Positions 41,612 to 50,887 of a stretch of DNA of 64,000 bases are shown piece by piece. Numbering within the stretch: the first letter of the stretch is position 1; every line of letters starts with the position of its first letter. The notes below the pieces were generated by a model. It was not told the DNA's origin. It did no database searches and saw nothing but the letters and a program-made list of their open reading frames with translations. Source of the stretch: Candidatus Marinamargulisbacteria bacterium. GTDB taxonomy: Bacteria; Margulisbacteria; Marinamargulisbacteria; UBA817. The position numbers and the translations under genes were made by a program. Where the stretch lies: contig JALQXX010000003.1 of NCBI GenBank assembly GCA_023262965.1, positions 3,996 to 67,995 of the forward strand. Reading direction: 5' to 3'.

Positions 41612-43936
41612 TTAAAACAATACTACGCCATATTTTAAAATTAGACCAACAAAAACAACGGACACAATGGTCATCAGTTTTAATAAGATATTTAAAGATG
41701 GCCCCGCCGTGTCCTTGAATGGATCGCCAACCGTATCACCAATAACGGCAGCTTTGTGGGCATTGGTACCTTTTCCACCATGCGCACCTTTTTCAATATA
41801 TTTTTTAGCGTTATCCCAAGCCCCTCCCGAATTATTGAGCATAATGGCCAACGAAAAACCGGTTGCAACACCCCCAATTAATAGCCCCAATACACCAGCG
41901 ACACTTAATACAAACCCTGTCACAATCGGGACTAAGATGGCGAGTAGGGATGGTAAGATCATTTCTTTTTGAGCCCCAATGGTGGCAATTTCCACACATT
42001 TTGCATATTCAGGGGTTCCCTTACCGTCCAAAATACCTGGAATCTCACGAAATTGACGACGAACTTCTTCGACCATTTTCCCTGCCGCGCGACCAACCGC
42101 CAATATGGTTAATGCACAAAAAACAAATGCGGTCATGGCACCAATAAAAAGACCAATTAAAAATTTTGGATTAATGGCATTGATATGGAATATGTCAATC
42201 AATTTCAACATATCCAAATGCGGAATATAAAATATGTTTTTGGATTCGTTTACTAATTGCTCAATATTTGTGAACCCAATAGCGCCTATTCGATGAATGC
42301 CATCAAGAGCAATACGACCCAGCCATATTTTAATGGAATCAATATAGGCTGCAATAAGAGCCAATGCGGTTAATGCAGCTGATCCAATCGCAAACCCTTT
42401 CCCGGTAGCGGCGGTTGTATTGCCTAAAGAATCCAAGGCATCGGTACGTTCACGGACGGATGGATCAAGGCCAGACATTTCCGCGTTTCCACCCGCATTA
42501 TCCGCAATGGGCCCAAAAGCGTCTGTAGCCAATGTGATTCCCAAGGTAGAGAGCATTCCAATAGCGGCAAATGCAATACCATAAATACCACTAACAATCG
42601 ACTGGGATCCGCCAGAAAACAAAAAGGCGGCAATAATACCAATGGATATAATAATAACCGTAATTCCGGTAGATAACATTCCCACAGAAATACCTTGAAT
42701 AATGGTTGTTGCGCCGCCCATAACCGAGCTGTCCGCAATGGATCGTGTGGGACCATAGTGGTCAGACGTGTAATATTCGGTGACTTGGCCAATGAGGACC
42801 CCTGAAACAAGTCCCGCAGTTACGGCACCAAATACACCCCAAGAAATAAAGTCAATGTAGGCCAAAAAAGCAATAAACACCAATGTGAGTGCAGCGGATA
42901 TGTTGGTACCACGATGCAATGAACCCAACAAGCTTTTTTGATCAGCGCCCTCATTCGTTTTTACTGTGAAAATTCCGAGGATGGAAAAAATAATTCCGCC
43001 ACCGGCTACAATCATAGGGGATAAAATGGGGCGAATATCCACACCAAATTGATGGGCATTGGCTAGCATTAATGTAGCCCCAAGCGATGCGCAGGCCAAA
43101 ATAGACCCACAATACGATTCGTATAAATCGGCGCCCATACCGGCTACATCCCCAACATTGTCACCAACATTATCCGCAATGGTTGCCGGATTTCGAGGGT
43201 CATCTTCAGGAATGCCCGCTTCAACTTTTCCCACCAAATCGGCCCCCACGTCGGCGGCTTTGGTGAATATACCGCCACCAACACGGGAAAACAACGCCAT
43301 AATAGACGCTCCCATACCATAAGGTAAGAGAGATGTGGTTAACTCATTAAATTTATATGCTTGAAAGGCATCTAGGGATATCAAACTAGAGGACCAGTAG
43401 GTGGCCCCAATACTCTTCAAAAATCCATTTGAAATACCCAGTATATTGTGATCAAAAAATACATTTAAAAGAAAAAACCATACGGAGATATCCAGAAGAC
43501 CAAATCCAACAACAACCAACCCCATAATGGCACCGGCACGAAATGATACACGCAATCCGCTATTTAGGGATGTTTGACAGGCATTCGCTGTACGGGCACT
43601 GGCATTGGTAGCCGTTTTCATGCCTAAATAACCACATACCCCAGACCACAATCCACCACTCAAAAATATGAAGGGCACAAATGCATTTTGAATGCCAAGA
43701 GCGGCCATTCCCAATAGCAAAACAAAAATGACGCCAAACACATAAATTATAATTTTGTATTGGCGGTTTAGGTAGGCCATGGCGCCTTCTCTAACATATT
43801 GGGCAATCTCTTTCATACGCGGGGTCCCCTCACTTTCGCGGGATACACCAATGTAAAATAACCGGGCGGTAATTAAAGCAACCACAGCAGCGAGTGGCGC
43901 AAGATACCAAAGTAATGGGATAATGTTCATTTTCAA
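41612..43936 (-). CDS. hppA: Membrane-bound ion-translocating pyrophosphatase (K+-dependent)
   Basis: DVGADLVGKVE, EDDPRN, DNVGDNVGD, GNTTAA, GDTVGDPFKD. Confidence 0.97.
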   Translation of the reverse strand: MKMNIIPLLWYLAPLAAVVALITARLFYIGVSRESEGTPRMKEIAQYVREGAMAYLNRQYKIIIYVFGVIFVLLLGMAALGIQNAFVPFIFLSGGLWSGVCGYLGMKTATNASARTANACQTSLNSGLRVSFRAGAIMGLVVVGFGLLDISVWFFLLNVFFDHNILGISNGFLKSIGATYWSSSLISLDAFQAYKFNELTTSLLPYGMGASIMALFSRVGGGIFTKAADVGADLVGKVEAGIPEDDPRNPATIADNVGDNVGDVAGMGADLYESYCGSILACASLGATLMLANAHQFGVDIRPILSPMIVAGGGIIFSILGIFTVKTNEGADQKSLLGSLHRGTNISAALTLVFIAFLAYIDFISWGVFGAVTAGLVSGVLIGQVTEYYTSDHYGPTRSIADSSVMGGATTIIQGISVGMLSTGITVIIISIGIIAAFLFSGGSQSIVSGIYGIAFAAIGMLSTLGITLATDAFGPIADNAGGNAEMSGLDPSVRERTDALDSLGNTTAATGKGFAIGSAALTALALIAAYIDSIKIWLGRIALDGIHRIGAIGFTNIEQLVNESKNIFYIPHLDMLKLIDIFHINAINPKFLIGLFIGAMTAFVFCALTILAVGRAAGKMVEEVRRQFREIPGILDGKGTPEYAKCVEIATIGAQKEMILPSLLAILVPIVTGFVLSVAGVLGLLIGGVATGFSLAIMLNNSGGAWDNAKKYIEKGAHGGKGTNAHKAAVIGDTVGDPFKDTAGPSLNILLKLMTIVSVVFVGLILKYGVVLF

Positions 43937-44018
43937 GTCCTTTCAAAATTTAATAATCAGTCTCATGTATTATCACTAGAACTGTAAAAAATTGTCAATG
44001 GGGATTAGACTATATTCT

Positions 44019-44876
44019 ATGATTAAAAAATTGCGGTACTATTGGTCCTTCACAAAACCGGGCATCAGTCGTGCTCAAATTCTAACGGTTTCGATTGGGT
44101 ATTTTTTGGCCACCCAGGCGATTCATATTACCCCCATATATGGCTATTTAGTGGTGTCTACCTATTTATTTTCAGCCGCGGCTTGCGGTTTAAATAATAT
44201 TTTAGAGGTAAACTTTGATCGTGCAATGAAACGAACGCAGCAGCGTGAATTGGTTGTTCAGTGCATGACAAAAAAAGAAGCGTGGGCGGTTGTGATGGTT
44301 ACATTTGTGGTGGCATCCGTACTGTCGCTTAAGATCAATGTGCTAACATTTTGGATTTCAATTCTGACGGTGGGGATATATGTTGGTATATACACGCCTT
44401 TGAAGCGTGTGTCTTGGATGAATACCTATGTGGGGGCTCTTCCGGGTGCCTTGCCGTTGATCGGGGGATGGTGTGCGGCCGGAACCCCTATTCATATGGC
44501 GGTTATAGCACTCTTTTTGGCGTTGTACTGTTGGCAAATTCCGCATTTTTATGCGTTAGCGATTGTTTATTTGGACGATTATCGTGCAGCCGGATTTAAG
44601 ATGCTGCCATTGGCTATAGGGGGTATTCCGGCAACAAAGCGGCAGATGGTTATTTTTTCAGTGTTGATGGTTATTGTGTCGATGTACCCCGTTTTGGCGG
44701 GCTTTTTGGGTACGGTGTATTGGATCGGTACCGTTGCTAGTGGCGGTATTTTTTTGTATTATGTTAGTGTTAGTGTTGGTCAACTGGAACGCCATGCAAG
44801 AAAGGTATTTATTATATCGATACTTTATTTGCCTTTATGGTTTTTAATCATTGTGGCCGACATTATATTGAAATAA
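44019..44876 (+). CDS. cyoE: Protoheme IX farnesyltransferase
   Basis: TKP, DRAMKRTQQR, YTPLKR, GALPGALP.IGG, WQIPHF. Confidence 0.93.
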   Translation: MIKKLRYYWSFTKPGISRAQILTVSIGYFLATQAIHITPIYGYLVVSTYLFSAAACGLNNILEVNFDRAMKRTQQRELVVQCMTKKEAWAVVMVTFVVASVLSLKINVLTFWISILTVGIYVGIYTPLKRVSWMNTYVGALPGALPLIGGWCAAGTPIHMAVIALFLALYCWQIPHFYALAIVYLDDYRAAGFKMLPLAIGGIPATKRQMVIFSVLMVIVSMYPVLAGFLGTVYWIGTVASGGIFLYYVSVSVGQLERHARKVFIISILYLPLWFLIIVADIILK

Positions 44877-44885
44877 GGAGATCAT

Positions 44886-46136
44886 TTGGGCGGTATAGCA
44901 TCAGGAAATTTATCAGGGGGCAGGTTACCAATATGGCCCAGCGGTAAAAACCCGGCCAATACGTCATCATTGAAAGGGGTTGATGAGGCGTTTTCACTGA
45001 ACCGAAATGTATCAAACGATGCGATTTCGGGCAAAAATGTTGGCAAGGCAGCCTCAGTGGATTCCCCCAATGCAGAGCCCGCGTCGGCGGTTGCGCCCAA
45101 GATTTCCACACAAATAAAACAATTAACCCCCAAAGATATTATTCAGCAACTTGCAAAAATGAATATTCCTGTCACAGATCACAACCATGACATTGCGTTA
45201 TTAATGGCAGCTTATGGGGTTGAAATTTCGGAGGATAGTTTTGACCTAGTGAATAAATTATTAAAAGGCGATAAAAGTGCTTTGGGTAAAAAAAATGCGG
45301 TGTTATTGGTGTCCAAGGGGTTGGGCAATGCGGTGGATAGTGCGGGGATTTTGAATGCATTTTTTGAATCCAATAAAGCCGTATCGGAACAGTTGAAAGG
45401 GCTTTTGAGTCGGCATTCGCAAATGGCAAGCCTCTTGCAACAATCGCTGGCGGATTTTCCGGAGTTGAGCTCGTTTTTGACTATATTTGATGATTTTAAT
45501 CAGCAATTAAAACGAATGAATACGGCGGATAAAACAAACCCGTTGCTGGTGGATCGAGATGGGTTTTTAACAGATATTCAAGCCATGTCTGGGTTTTTAA
45601 AGGGGCTTATTCAAAACAACACATTGTCATCATCCGAATGGCGTGCGTATTTGAACGGATTGGATATCATTGCCAATTATGTTGCGTCCCAAAAAATATT
45701 GAGCCAGCCGTCGGTAAAGCAACCCTTGGGCTTATTAGAATCATATGATTATTTTCAAATTCCAAACCCATTGGCGGCGTCGGTGATGATTGATATTTTG
45801 CGCCGTAAACAAACAACAAAAGATATTAAGGATGCGAAATCCAACAACCCATCCGCGCAAGAAAAAATTATTGTTAGTATGGATTCAGACGTGTTGGGGC
45901 GTGTGACGGTTATTGTAACCATTATGGGAATTAATATATGGTGTTTGGTGTATGCGGATAATGATCATACGGTATATCATTCCAATGCGTTTCGGCAGGA
46001 ATTGATAAAAAAATTGGCGGAGCACGATTATCGATTAAGTGAATTTAAAACGGTGCGAAAAAAAGTGGATATTCAAAAGTTTATTGCGCCATCTCAAAAT
46101 TTATCGGATGTTAAACGGATTCAGACGGAAATATGA
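44886..46136 (+). CDS. FliK-like (hook-length control) protein, divergent
   Basis: TTG start after AAGGAG; C-terminal SMDSDVLGRVTVIV...ELIKKLAEHDY resembles FliK C-domain; precedes FlhB-C gene. Confidence 0.5.
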   Translation: MGGIASGNLSGGRLPIWPSGKNPANTSSLKGVDEAFSLNRNVSNDAISGKNVGKAASVDSPNAEPASAVAPKISTQIKQLTPKDIIQQLAKMNIPVTDHNHDIALLMAAYGVEISEDSFDLVNKLLKGDKSALGKKNAVLLVSKGLGNAVDSAGILNAFFESNKAVSEQLKGLLSRHSQMASLLQQSLADFPELSSFLTIFDDFNQQLKRMNTADKTNPLLVDRDGFLTDIQAMSGFLKGLIQNNTLSSSEWRAYLNGLDIIANYVASQKILSQPSVKQPLGLLESYDYFQIPNPLAASVMIDILRRKQTTKDIKDAKSNNPSAQEKIIVSMDSDVLGRVTVIVTIMGINIWCLVYADNDHTVYHSNAFRQELIKKLAEHDYRLSEFKTVRKKVDIQKFIAPSQNLSDVKRIQTEI

Positions 46137-46528
46137 GTCTTAGTCGCAAAAAAAAGATTTTAGAAAAGCGTGCATCTCTAGAAAAAAAAATTAAGCGGCG
46201 CATACACGATTTGTCTCATGATGATCAAAGCAGTTTGCAAGCTGTTGCGATTAAATACGATAAATCATCATCAAAAGCCCCCACCATTGTGGCAAGTGGC
46301 CGTGGTAAAATCGCCACTCAAATTCTAGAATTGGCCGAAGAAAATAATGTGCCAATGGTGGAAGATCCGGCCTTGTCAAAATTGCTTTCATCTCTTAAAA
46401 TTAAAAGCGAGGTGCCACCGAACCTATTTAAAGTAATCGCTGAAATTTTGGCGTTTATTTTTTATCTGGATCGAATGGCAAAGGCAAAAAAAGGTATTCG
46501 CTCAACCTTTAAGCGGTTAAAAAAATGA
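46133..46528 (+). CDS. FlhB cytoplasmic-domain-only protein (YlqH/FlhX, EscU/YscU family)
   Basis: AVAIKYD..APTIVASGRG.IA..ILELAEENNVP.VEDP.L...EVPPNLFKVIAEILAF; no TM segments. Confidence 0.9.
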   Translation: MSLSRKKKILEKRASLEKKIKRRIHDLSHDDQSSLQAVAIKYDKSSSKAPTIVASGRGKIATQILELAEENNVPMVEDPALSKLLSSLKIKSEVPPNLFKVIAEILAFIFYLDRMAKAKKGIRSTFKRLKK

Positions 46529-47325
46529 TGAAGCATGTATTTTTATGGATGATGGTAATAGCGCAATGGGGGCTTGGAGCAGAGCAGAATCCAATGTCTT
46601 TTGAGGAATATGATGATATTGTGAATCCTGTAATGAAATTAAATGCAACATCGATGGGTGGGTTTATGGATGCCATGAAATCCTACATTGTGTATACCGC
46701 CATACAGCATTTGCCAGGAGCTAAGGAATCGGGGGTGGGGTATTACTATGACAATCAGACACGGGGTATGAAACGGGTTCTATTTTATCGGTTATCGGAA
46801 GGGTACCCGCGTGAAACCAATAAGCCCCTTGATTTTTACATCGAAGGCAAAGGTTTTTTTGTTATTGAGTTGCCCGGCGGGTGGCCAGCCTACACACAAG
46901 ATGGCCGGTTTGAACGGGATGAGATGGGGCGGTTGGTGACCTTTGAAGAGCATTTTCCTGTCTTGGGTGAAAATGGGCCTATTTACGTGGCGAATGGTGG
47001 CATTAATGTGTCAAAAGATGGTGTTATTTATCAGAATGATCAGGTTGTGGATGTGTTTCGGGTTGAATGGCCACGGCGGAAGCATGATTTAAAGTCGTTC
47101 AACCATAAAATATTTTATTTTTCAAAAGAAGACTGGGAAAACCCCGATAAAATTATGCCGGCAGACGTCAAAATCTTGCAGGGGTATGTTGCTGATTCGT
47201 CGATTACCAAAGGGTATATTGGATTGGTGCCTGAGTGGAAAAATGGGCACGAAGCCAATGTTAAAGTGGTGAAGGCGTATTTGAAGAATATGTCGTTGGC
47301 GGTTCAGGCGGCAAATCCGCAATAA
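46525..47325 (+). CDS. flgF: FlgF-like rod protein with N-terminal signal-peptide-like extension
   Basis: TNKPLDFYIEGKGFF, YTQDGRF, G.LVT...PVLGENGPI, LQGY..S, EANVKVV; precedes flgG. Confidence 0.75.
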   Translation: MMKHVFLWMMVIAQWGLGAEQNPMSFEEYDDIVNPVMKLNATSMGGFMDAMKSYIVYTAIQHLPGAKESGVGYYYDNQTRGMKRVLFYRLSEGYPRETNKPLDFYIEGKGFFVIELPGGWPAYTQDGRFERDEMGRLVTFEEHFPVLGENGPIYVANGGINVSKDGVIYQNDQVVDVFRVEWPRRKHDLKSFNHKIFYFSKEDWENPDKIMPADVKILQGYVADSSITKGYIGLVPEWKNGHEANVKVVKAYLKNMSLAVQAANPQ

Positions 47326-47343
47326 AAATACTAAGGAGGAAAC

Positions 47344-48150
47344 ATGTTTCAACAATTTAATATTTCACGATCAGGGTTTGGTACGTATCAGAAAATGATG
47401 TTTAACATTACCAATAATATTGCCAACGCTCAGACCCCTGGGTATAAACAAACTCGGGTGGAATTGGCGACCTTATTTCCCATTATTCTTCAAGAAGCGG
47501 AGATGGATTATGCGGAAGACGACAATATGAATCCGTACATTAAAAAGAAGCGTGGCATTGAATTGGGAACAGGGGTTCGTATTGAATCCATTTCTACCGA
47601 TTTTTCCGAAGGGAATTTACAGGTAACGAATAATGAGTTGGACTGGGCTATTCGTGGGAATGGATTCTTTCAGTTGCGGCGTCCGGATGGTGATATCGTA
47701 TATTCTCGTTCGGGAAATTTTACGCGTGATGTATACGGTAATATTGTCACTCAGTCCGGGTATTCGCTGGATCCGCCCATTCGGTTGCCCGATAACACAA
47801 CCCAGTTAACGGTTGATGCGGAAGGTCGTGTTTTTGCGTCCGTTAATAACGATGCCGTCCCCCGAGAAATTGGGCAATTATTATTGTCACGATTTTCAAA
47901 TCCAGGGGGATTAAAAAATATTGGTAATAATTTTTATAAAGAAACAACGGCTTCTGGGGAGCCCATTGTGGAAATTCCTGGTCGAAATGCAACGGGGCAA
48001 GTTGTGCAGTTTTCCATTGAGAATTCCAATGTGGATATTATTAAAGAAATGATGGAAATGATTATGACGCAAAAAGGGTTGGAGTTGCTGGGTAAGGCAA
48101 TGCAAGCTGGTGAGCAAATGCTGAAAGCGGGTATGGGGATGACCTCATAA
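47344..48150 (+). CDS. flgG: Distal rod protein FlgG
   Basis: TNNIANAQTPGYK, GTGVR, LDWAIRGNGFF, YSRSGNF, ENSNVDIIKEM; strong SD. Confidence 0.92.
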   Translation: MFQQFNISRSGFGTYQKMMFNITNNIANAQTPGYKQTRVELATLFPIILQEAEMDYAEDDNMNPYIKKKRGIELGTGVRIESISTDFSEGNLQVTNNELDWAIRGNGFFQLRRPDGDIVYSRSGNFTRDVYGNIVTQSGYSLDPPIRLPDNTTQLTVDAEGRVFASVNNDAVPREIGQLLLSRFSNPGGLKNIGNNFYKETTASGEPIVEIPGRNATGQVVQFSIENSNVDIIKEMMEMIMTQKGLELLGKAMQAGEQMLKAGMGMTS

Positions 48151-48188
48151 TTGCGTGGTTTTTCTGCGCTTGGATACTGCTTGCTCCG

Positions 48189-48836
48189 ATGGTTTTGGCG
48201 GAAACCATGCCCTGTGATGGGATTGATGATGTCATGACAGAGGCCTTGGCCAATCACATTCGGGAAAATTATCCGAAGGTTGAGATCGCGGGATTAACCG
48301 TGAATCGCCGTGATTCCAGCGCCTTACCTGCGTGTACGCAGGTGTCTGTGACCATGCCAATGCGCGTCCGGTTTGCCGTGGATACGGTTGTGAAGTTGGA
48401 TGCCTACAACGGGGATCATTTTGTTGGACGGTCAACCCGGTTGTATTATTTTTCTGGATCCGCAAAAGGGATTGCCCTGACGCATGCCATGTCGCGTGGC
48501 GATGTTATTGATGAATCGGATATGGATGCGGTGTTGATTCCATTGGATCAGGTGAATACGGCAACCATTAGTCATATTGATCCGGGTATGTTTCAGTTAC
48601 GAAGCAATGGGTTGAAGGGGCGTGTTTTGGATGACTGGTCAATTGAACCCCGATTTGATGTTGCAAAAGGGCAGTCGGTGCGTGTTATTGTCCATAAACA
48701 GCCGGTGACCTTGACGGTAAAGGGGTCTGTTTTAGACAATGGTCGTATTGGCCGTACCATTCGGGTGGCATTAAATGATAAAATACTGGTAGGAACACTG
48801 CATGATAAAAATACTGTTTACATTGATCATTTATAG
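48189..48836 (+). CDS. flgA: P-ring formation chaperone FlgA
   Basis: SAF-like region and C-terminal VAKGQSVRVI...G..LDNGRIGRTIRV; between flgG and flgH; true start probably further upstream. Confidence 0.8.
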   Translation: MVLAETMPCDGIDDVMTEALANHIRENYPKVEIAGLTVNRRDSSALPACTQVSVTMPMRVRFAVDTVVKLDAYNGDHFVGRSTRLYYFSGSAKGIALTHAMSRGDVIDESDMDAVLIPLDQVNTATISHIDPGMFQLRSNGLKGRVLDDWSIEPRFDVAKGQSVRVIVHKQPVTLTVKGSVLDNGRIGRTIRVALNDKILVGTLHDKNTVYIDHL

Positions 48837-49410
48837 TTTTGTATTTCATGGAATGATGGCGGATTCCTTATGGACAAAATCTCAAACGCGTTCTGTTTTT
48901 GATAATCAGCGGTCATTTTCTGTGGGGGATTTGGTGACGGTTCGAATATCGGCGGAGTCTACAGCGGTTCAAGAGGCTGGAACAACGACGCGAAAATCCT
49001 CAAATATTAATGCCAATTTCTTTGATACCTTTGATCAATATTCATTAAATGCCAACGCGAATGATTCGCTTAGAAAGATGCAAAATTATCGTCTGGGTGG
49101 AAATGACAGTTATTCAGGCGTGGGGCAAACCACACGAAAAAGTAAAGTAGAGGCCATTGTTTCGTGTACCGTTACCCGTGTGCTACCAAATGGTCATTTG
49201 GTTATTAATGGTGAGCGATTGGTGGATGTCAACAATGATTCAGAAATTATACAGATTTCAGGGATTGTTCGGCCGAATGATATTTCAGCCGCCAATTCGG
49301 TCGAATCGCATCAAATTGCACAGTTTGCGATCTCTTTGCGTGGCAAAGGGGTGGTTCATTCGAAACAAACACCTGGATTTTTGTCGAATTTTTTTAATTG
49401 GGTTTTTTGA
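48802..49410 (+). CDS. flgH: L-ring protein FlgH
   Basis: ADSLW, VGDLVTVRI, VLPNGHLVING, SGIVRPNDI..N, PGFLSNFFNWVF. Confidence 0.92.
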   Translation: MIKILFTLIIYSFVFHGMMADSLWTKSQTRSVFDNQRSFSVGDLVTVRISAESTAVQEAGTTTRKSSNINANFFDTFDQYSLNANANDSLRKMQNYRLGGNDSYSGVGQTTRKSKVEAIVSCTVTRVLPNGHLVINGERLVDVNNDSEIIQISGIVRPNDISAANSVESHQIAQFAISLRGKGVVHSKQTPGFLSNFFNWVF

Positions 49411-50486
49411 TGAAGCGAATTATTTTAGGATTAATTATGGGGATAAGTCTAGTGGGGTATGGTGCGACTACCGTAAAAATTCGCGATATTTCCCGGGTGG
49501 TGGAATCCAGAGACAATCAATTGTTTGGGTATGGGCTGGTGGTTGGGTTACGCAATACAGGGGATACTCAGCGATCGGTTTTTACCGAAAAAGCCCTCAC
49601 GAATTTACTGAAGAAAATGGGGATTAGTCCGGATCAACGAGACTTTAAATCGCGTAATGTGGCGTCGGTTATGGTAACGATGAATTTGCCACCGTATGCC
49701 CGGCCTGGTCAAAAGATTGATGTGAACGTATCGTCTTTAGGGGATGCAACAAGTTTGGCGGGGGGGACCTTGCTAATGACGCCATTGCAGGGGCCCGATT
49801 TTGAAACATATGCGGTGGCTCAAGGCCAAGTTATTGTAGGGGGGATATCAGAGAAATCCAGTAAAGTGAGCTACTATATGAATCAAACAACGTCCGGTCG
49901 TGTACCCAATGGGGCTATTGTTGAAAAAGAGGTGGCGGTGACGCGTGATGATCAATTAAATATTATACTGGTATTAAATGATCCCAATTTCACCATGTCG
50001 TCTAAAGTTGTTAAAGCACTTAAGGCCAATGGATTTAAGCAGGTTATGGCGTTGGATGCCGCATCGATTCAAATTCCACTAAACAACATACCCGATATGG
50101 CATATGTGGATATTATTCATAAAATTGAATCCATTGAAGTAGCACCTGAGTCCAGCTCTAGAGTGGTTATTAATGCGAAATCGGGGGTCGTTGTTATTGG
50201 GGAAAATGTGCGGTTGCTTCCGGTTGCGATTACGCATGGGGGCGTCTCGATTAAAATTACGGATAGTTCTAGCACTACGGATTATGGCGGTAGTTCCGGA
50301 ATAGGGGGGCAGGATATTGAGGTATCTGAAGATAAAACAACGGTTCATTTTGTAAATCCGGATAATTCATTATCCAGCTTGGTGGATGCATTGAATAAAA
50401 TAGGGGTCAAAACGAAGGATCTTATTTCTATTTTACAAGCCATGGAAGAGGCGGGTGCATTGGTGGCCACCATTGATGTTATTTAA
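49410..50486 (+). CDS. flgI: P-ring protein FlgI
   Basis: NQLFGYGLVVGL.NTGD, NVASVMVT, GDATSLAGGTLLMTPL, LVDALN.IG..DLISILQA. Confidence 0.95.
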   Translation: MKRIILGLIMGISLVGYGATTVKIRDISRVVESRDNQLFGYGLVVGLRNTGDTQRSVFTEKALTNLLKKMGISPDQRDFKSRNVASVMVTMNLPPYARPGQKIDVNVSSLGDATSLAGGTLLMTPLQGPDFETYAVAQGQVIVGGISEKSSKVSYYMNQTTSGRVPNGAIVEKEVAVTRDDQLNIILVLNDPNFTMSSKVVKALKANGFKQVMALDAASIQIPLNNIPDMAYVDIIHKIESIEVAPESSSRVVINAKSGVVVIGENVRLLPVAITHGGVSIKITDSSSTTDYGGSSGIGGQDIEVSEDKTTVHFVNPDNSLSSLVDALNKIGVKTKDLISILQAMEEAGALVATIDVI

Positions 50487-50563
50487 TTGTTTTTGGAATT
50501 TACGAGCAGCTCGTTAAAAGGGAGCGTGCTAAAATAGGCAATTTGTGATATTATTTGATAGGC

Positions 50564-50887
50564 ATGACGTGGGTTATTATATTTGGTATTTTGTTGGGCA
50601 ATATGGTTTTTTCCCAAGTGGAAATGAACTATGATATGTTGAATTATATTGCCACCCAAGAGAAAAGTCCGGATAAAGACGATCGCGAAGGGATTAAGCG
50701 TCAATTTCAAACCTATTTTATTAAGACCGTTTTTTTGAATAATGTTTTTAAATCCGACCAGTTGTTTTACGGCGAAACAGACACGAATTATGAAATTATA
50801 AATCAGCTTATGATTAATCAATTTGCTAATAATTTGGCCGACACAAATTTTTTGGACTTGTCGCTGGTGAATTTAGATGACAGATAA
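50564..50887 (+). CDS. FlgJ rod-binding-domain-like protein with hydrophobic N-terminus
   Basis: Position after flgI; RQFQTYFIK...LF...NQFANNLA resembles FlgJ N-domain pattern; no muramidase domain. Confidence 0.55.
   Translation: MTWVIIFGILLGNMVFSQVEMNYDMLNYIATQEKSPDKDDREGIKRQFQTYFIKTVFLNNVFKSDQLFYGETDTNYEIINQLMINQFANNLADTNFLDLSLVNLDDR

Noticed and set aside
50483..50821. Antisense/shadow ORFs (e.g. 50483-50821, 13229-13609, 53222-53668, 54143-54736, 38219-38836)
   Set aside because: They lie opposite better-supported genes and show no recognisable motifs.
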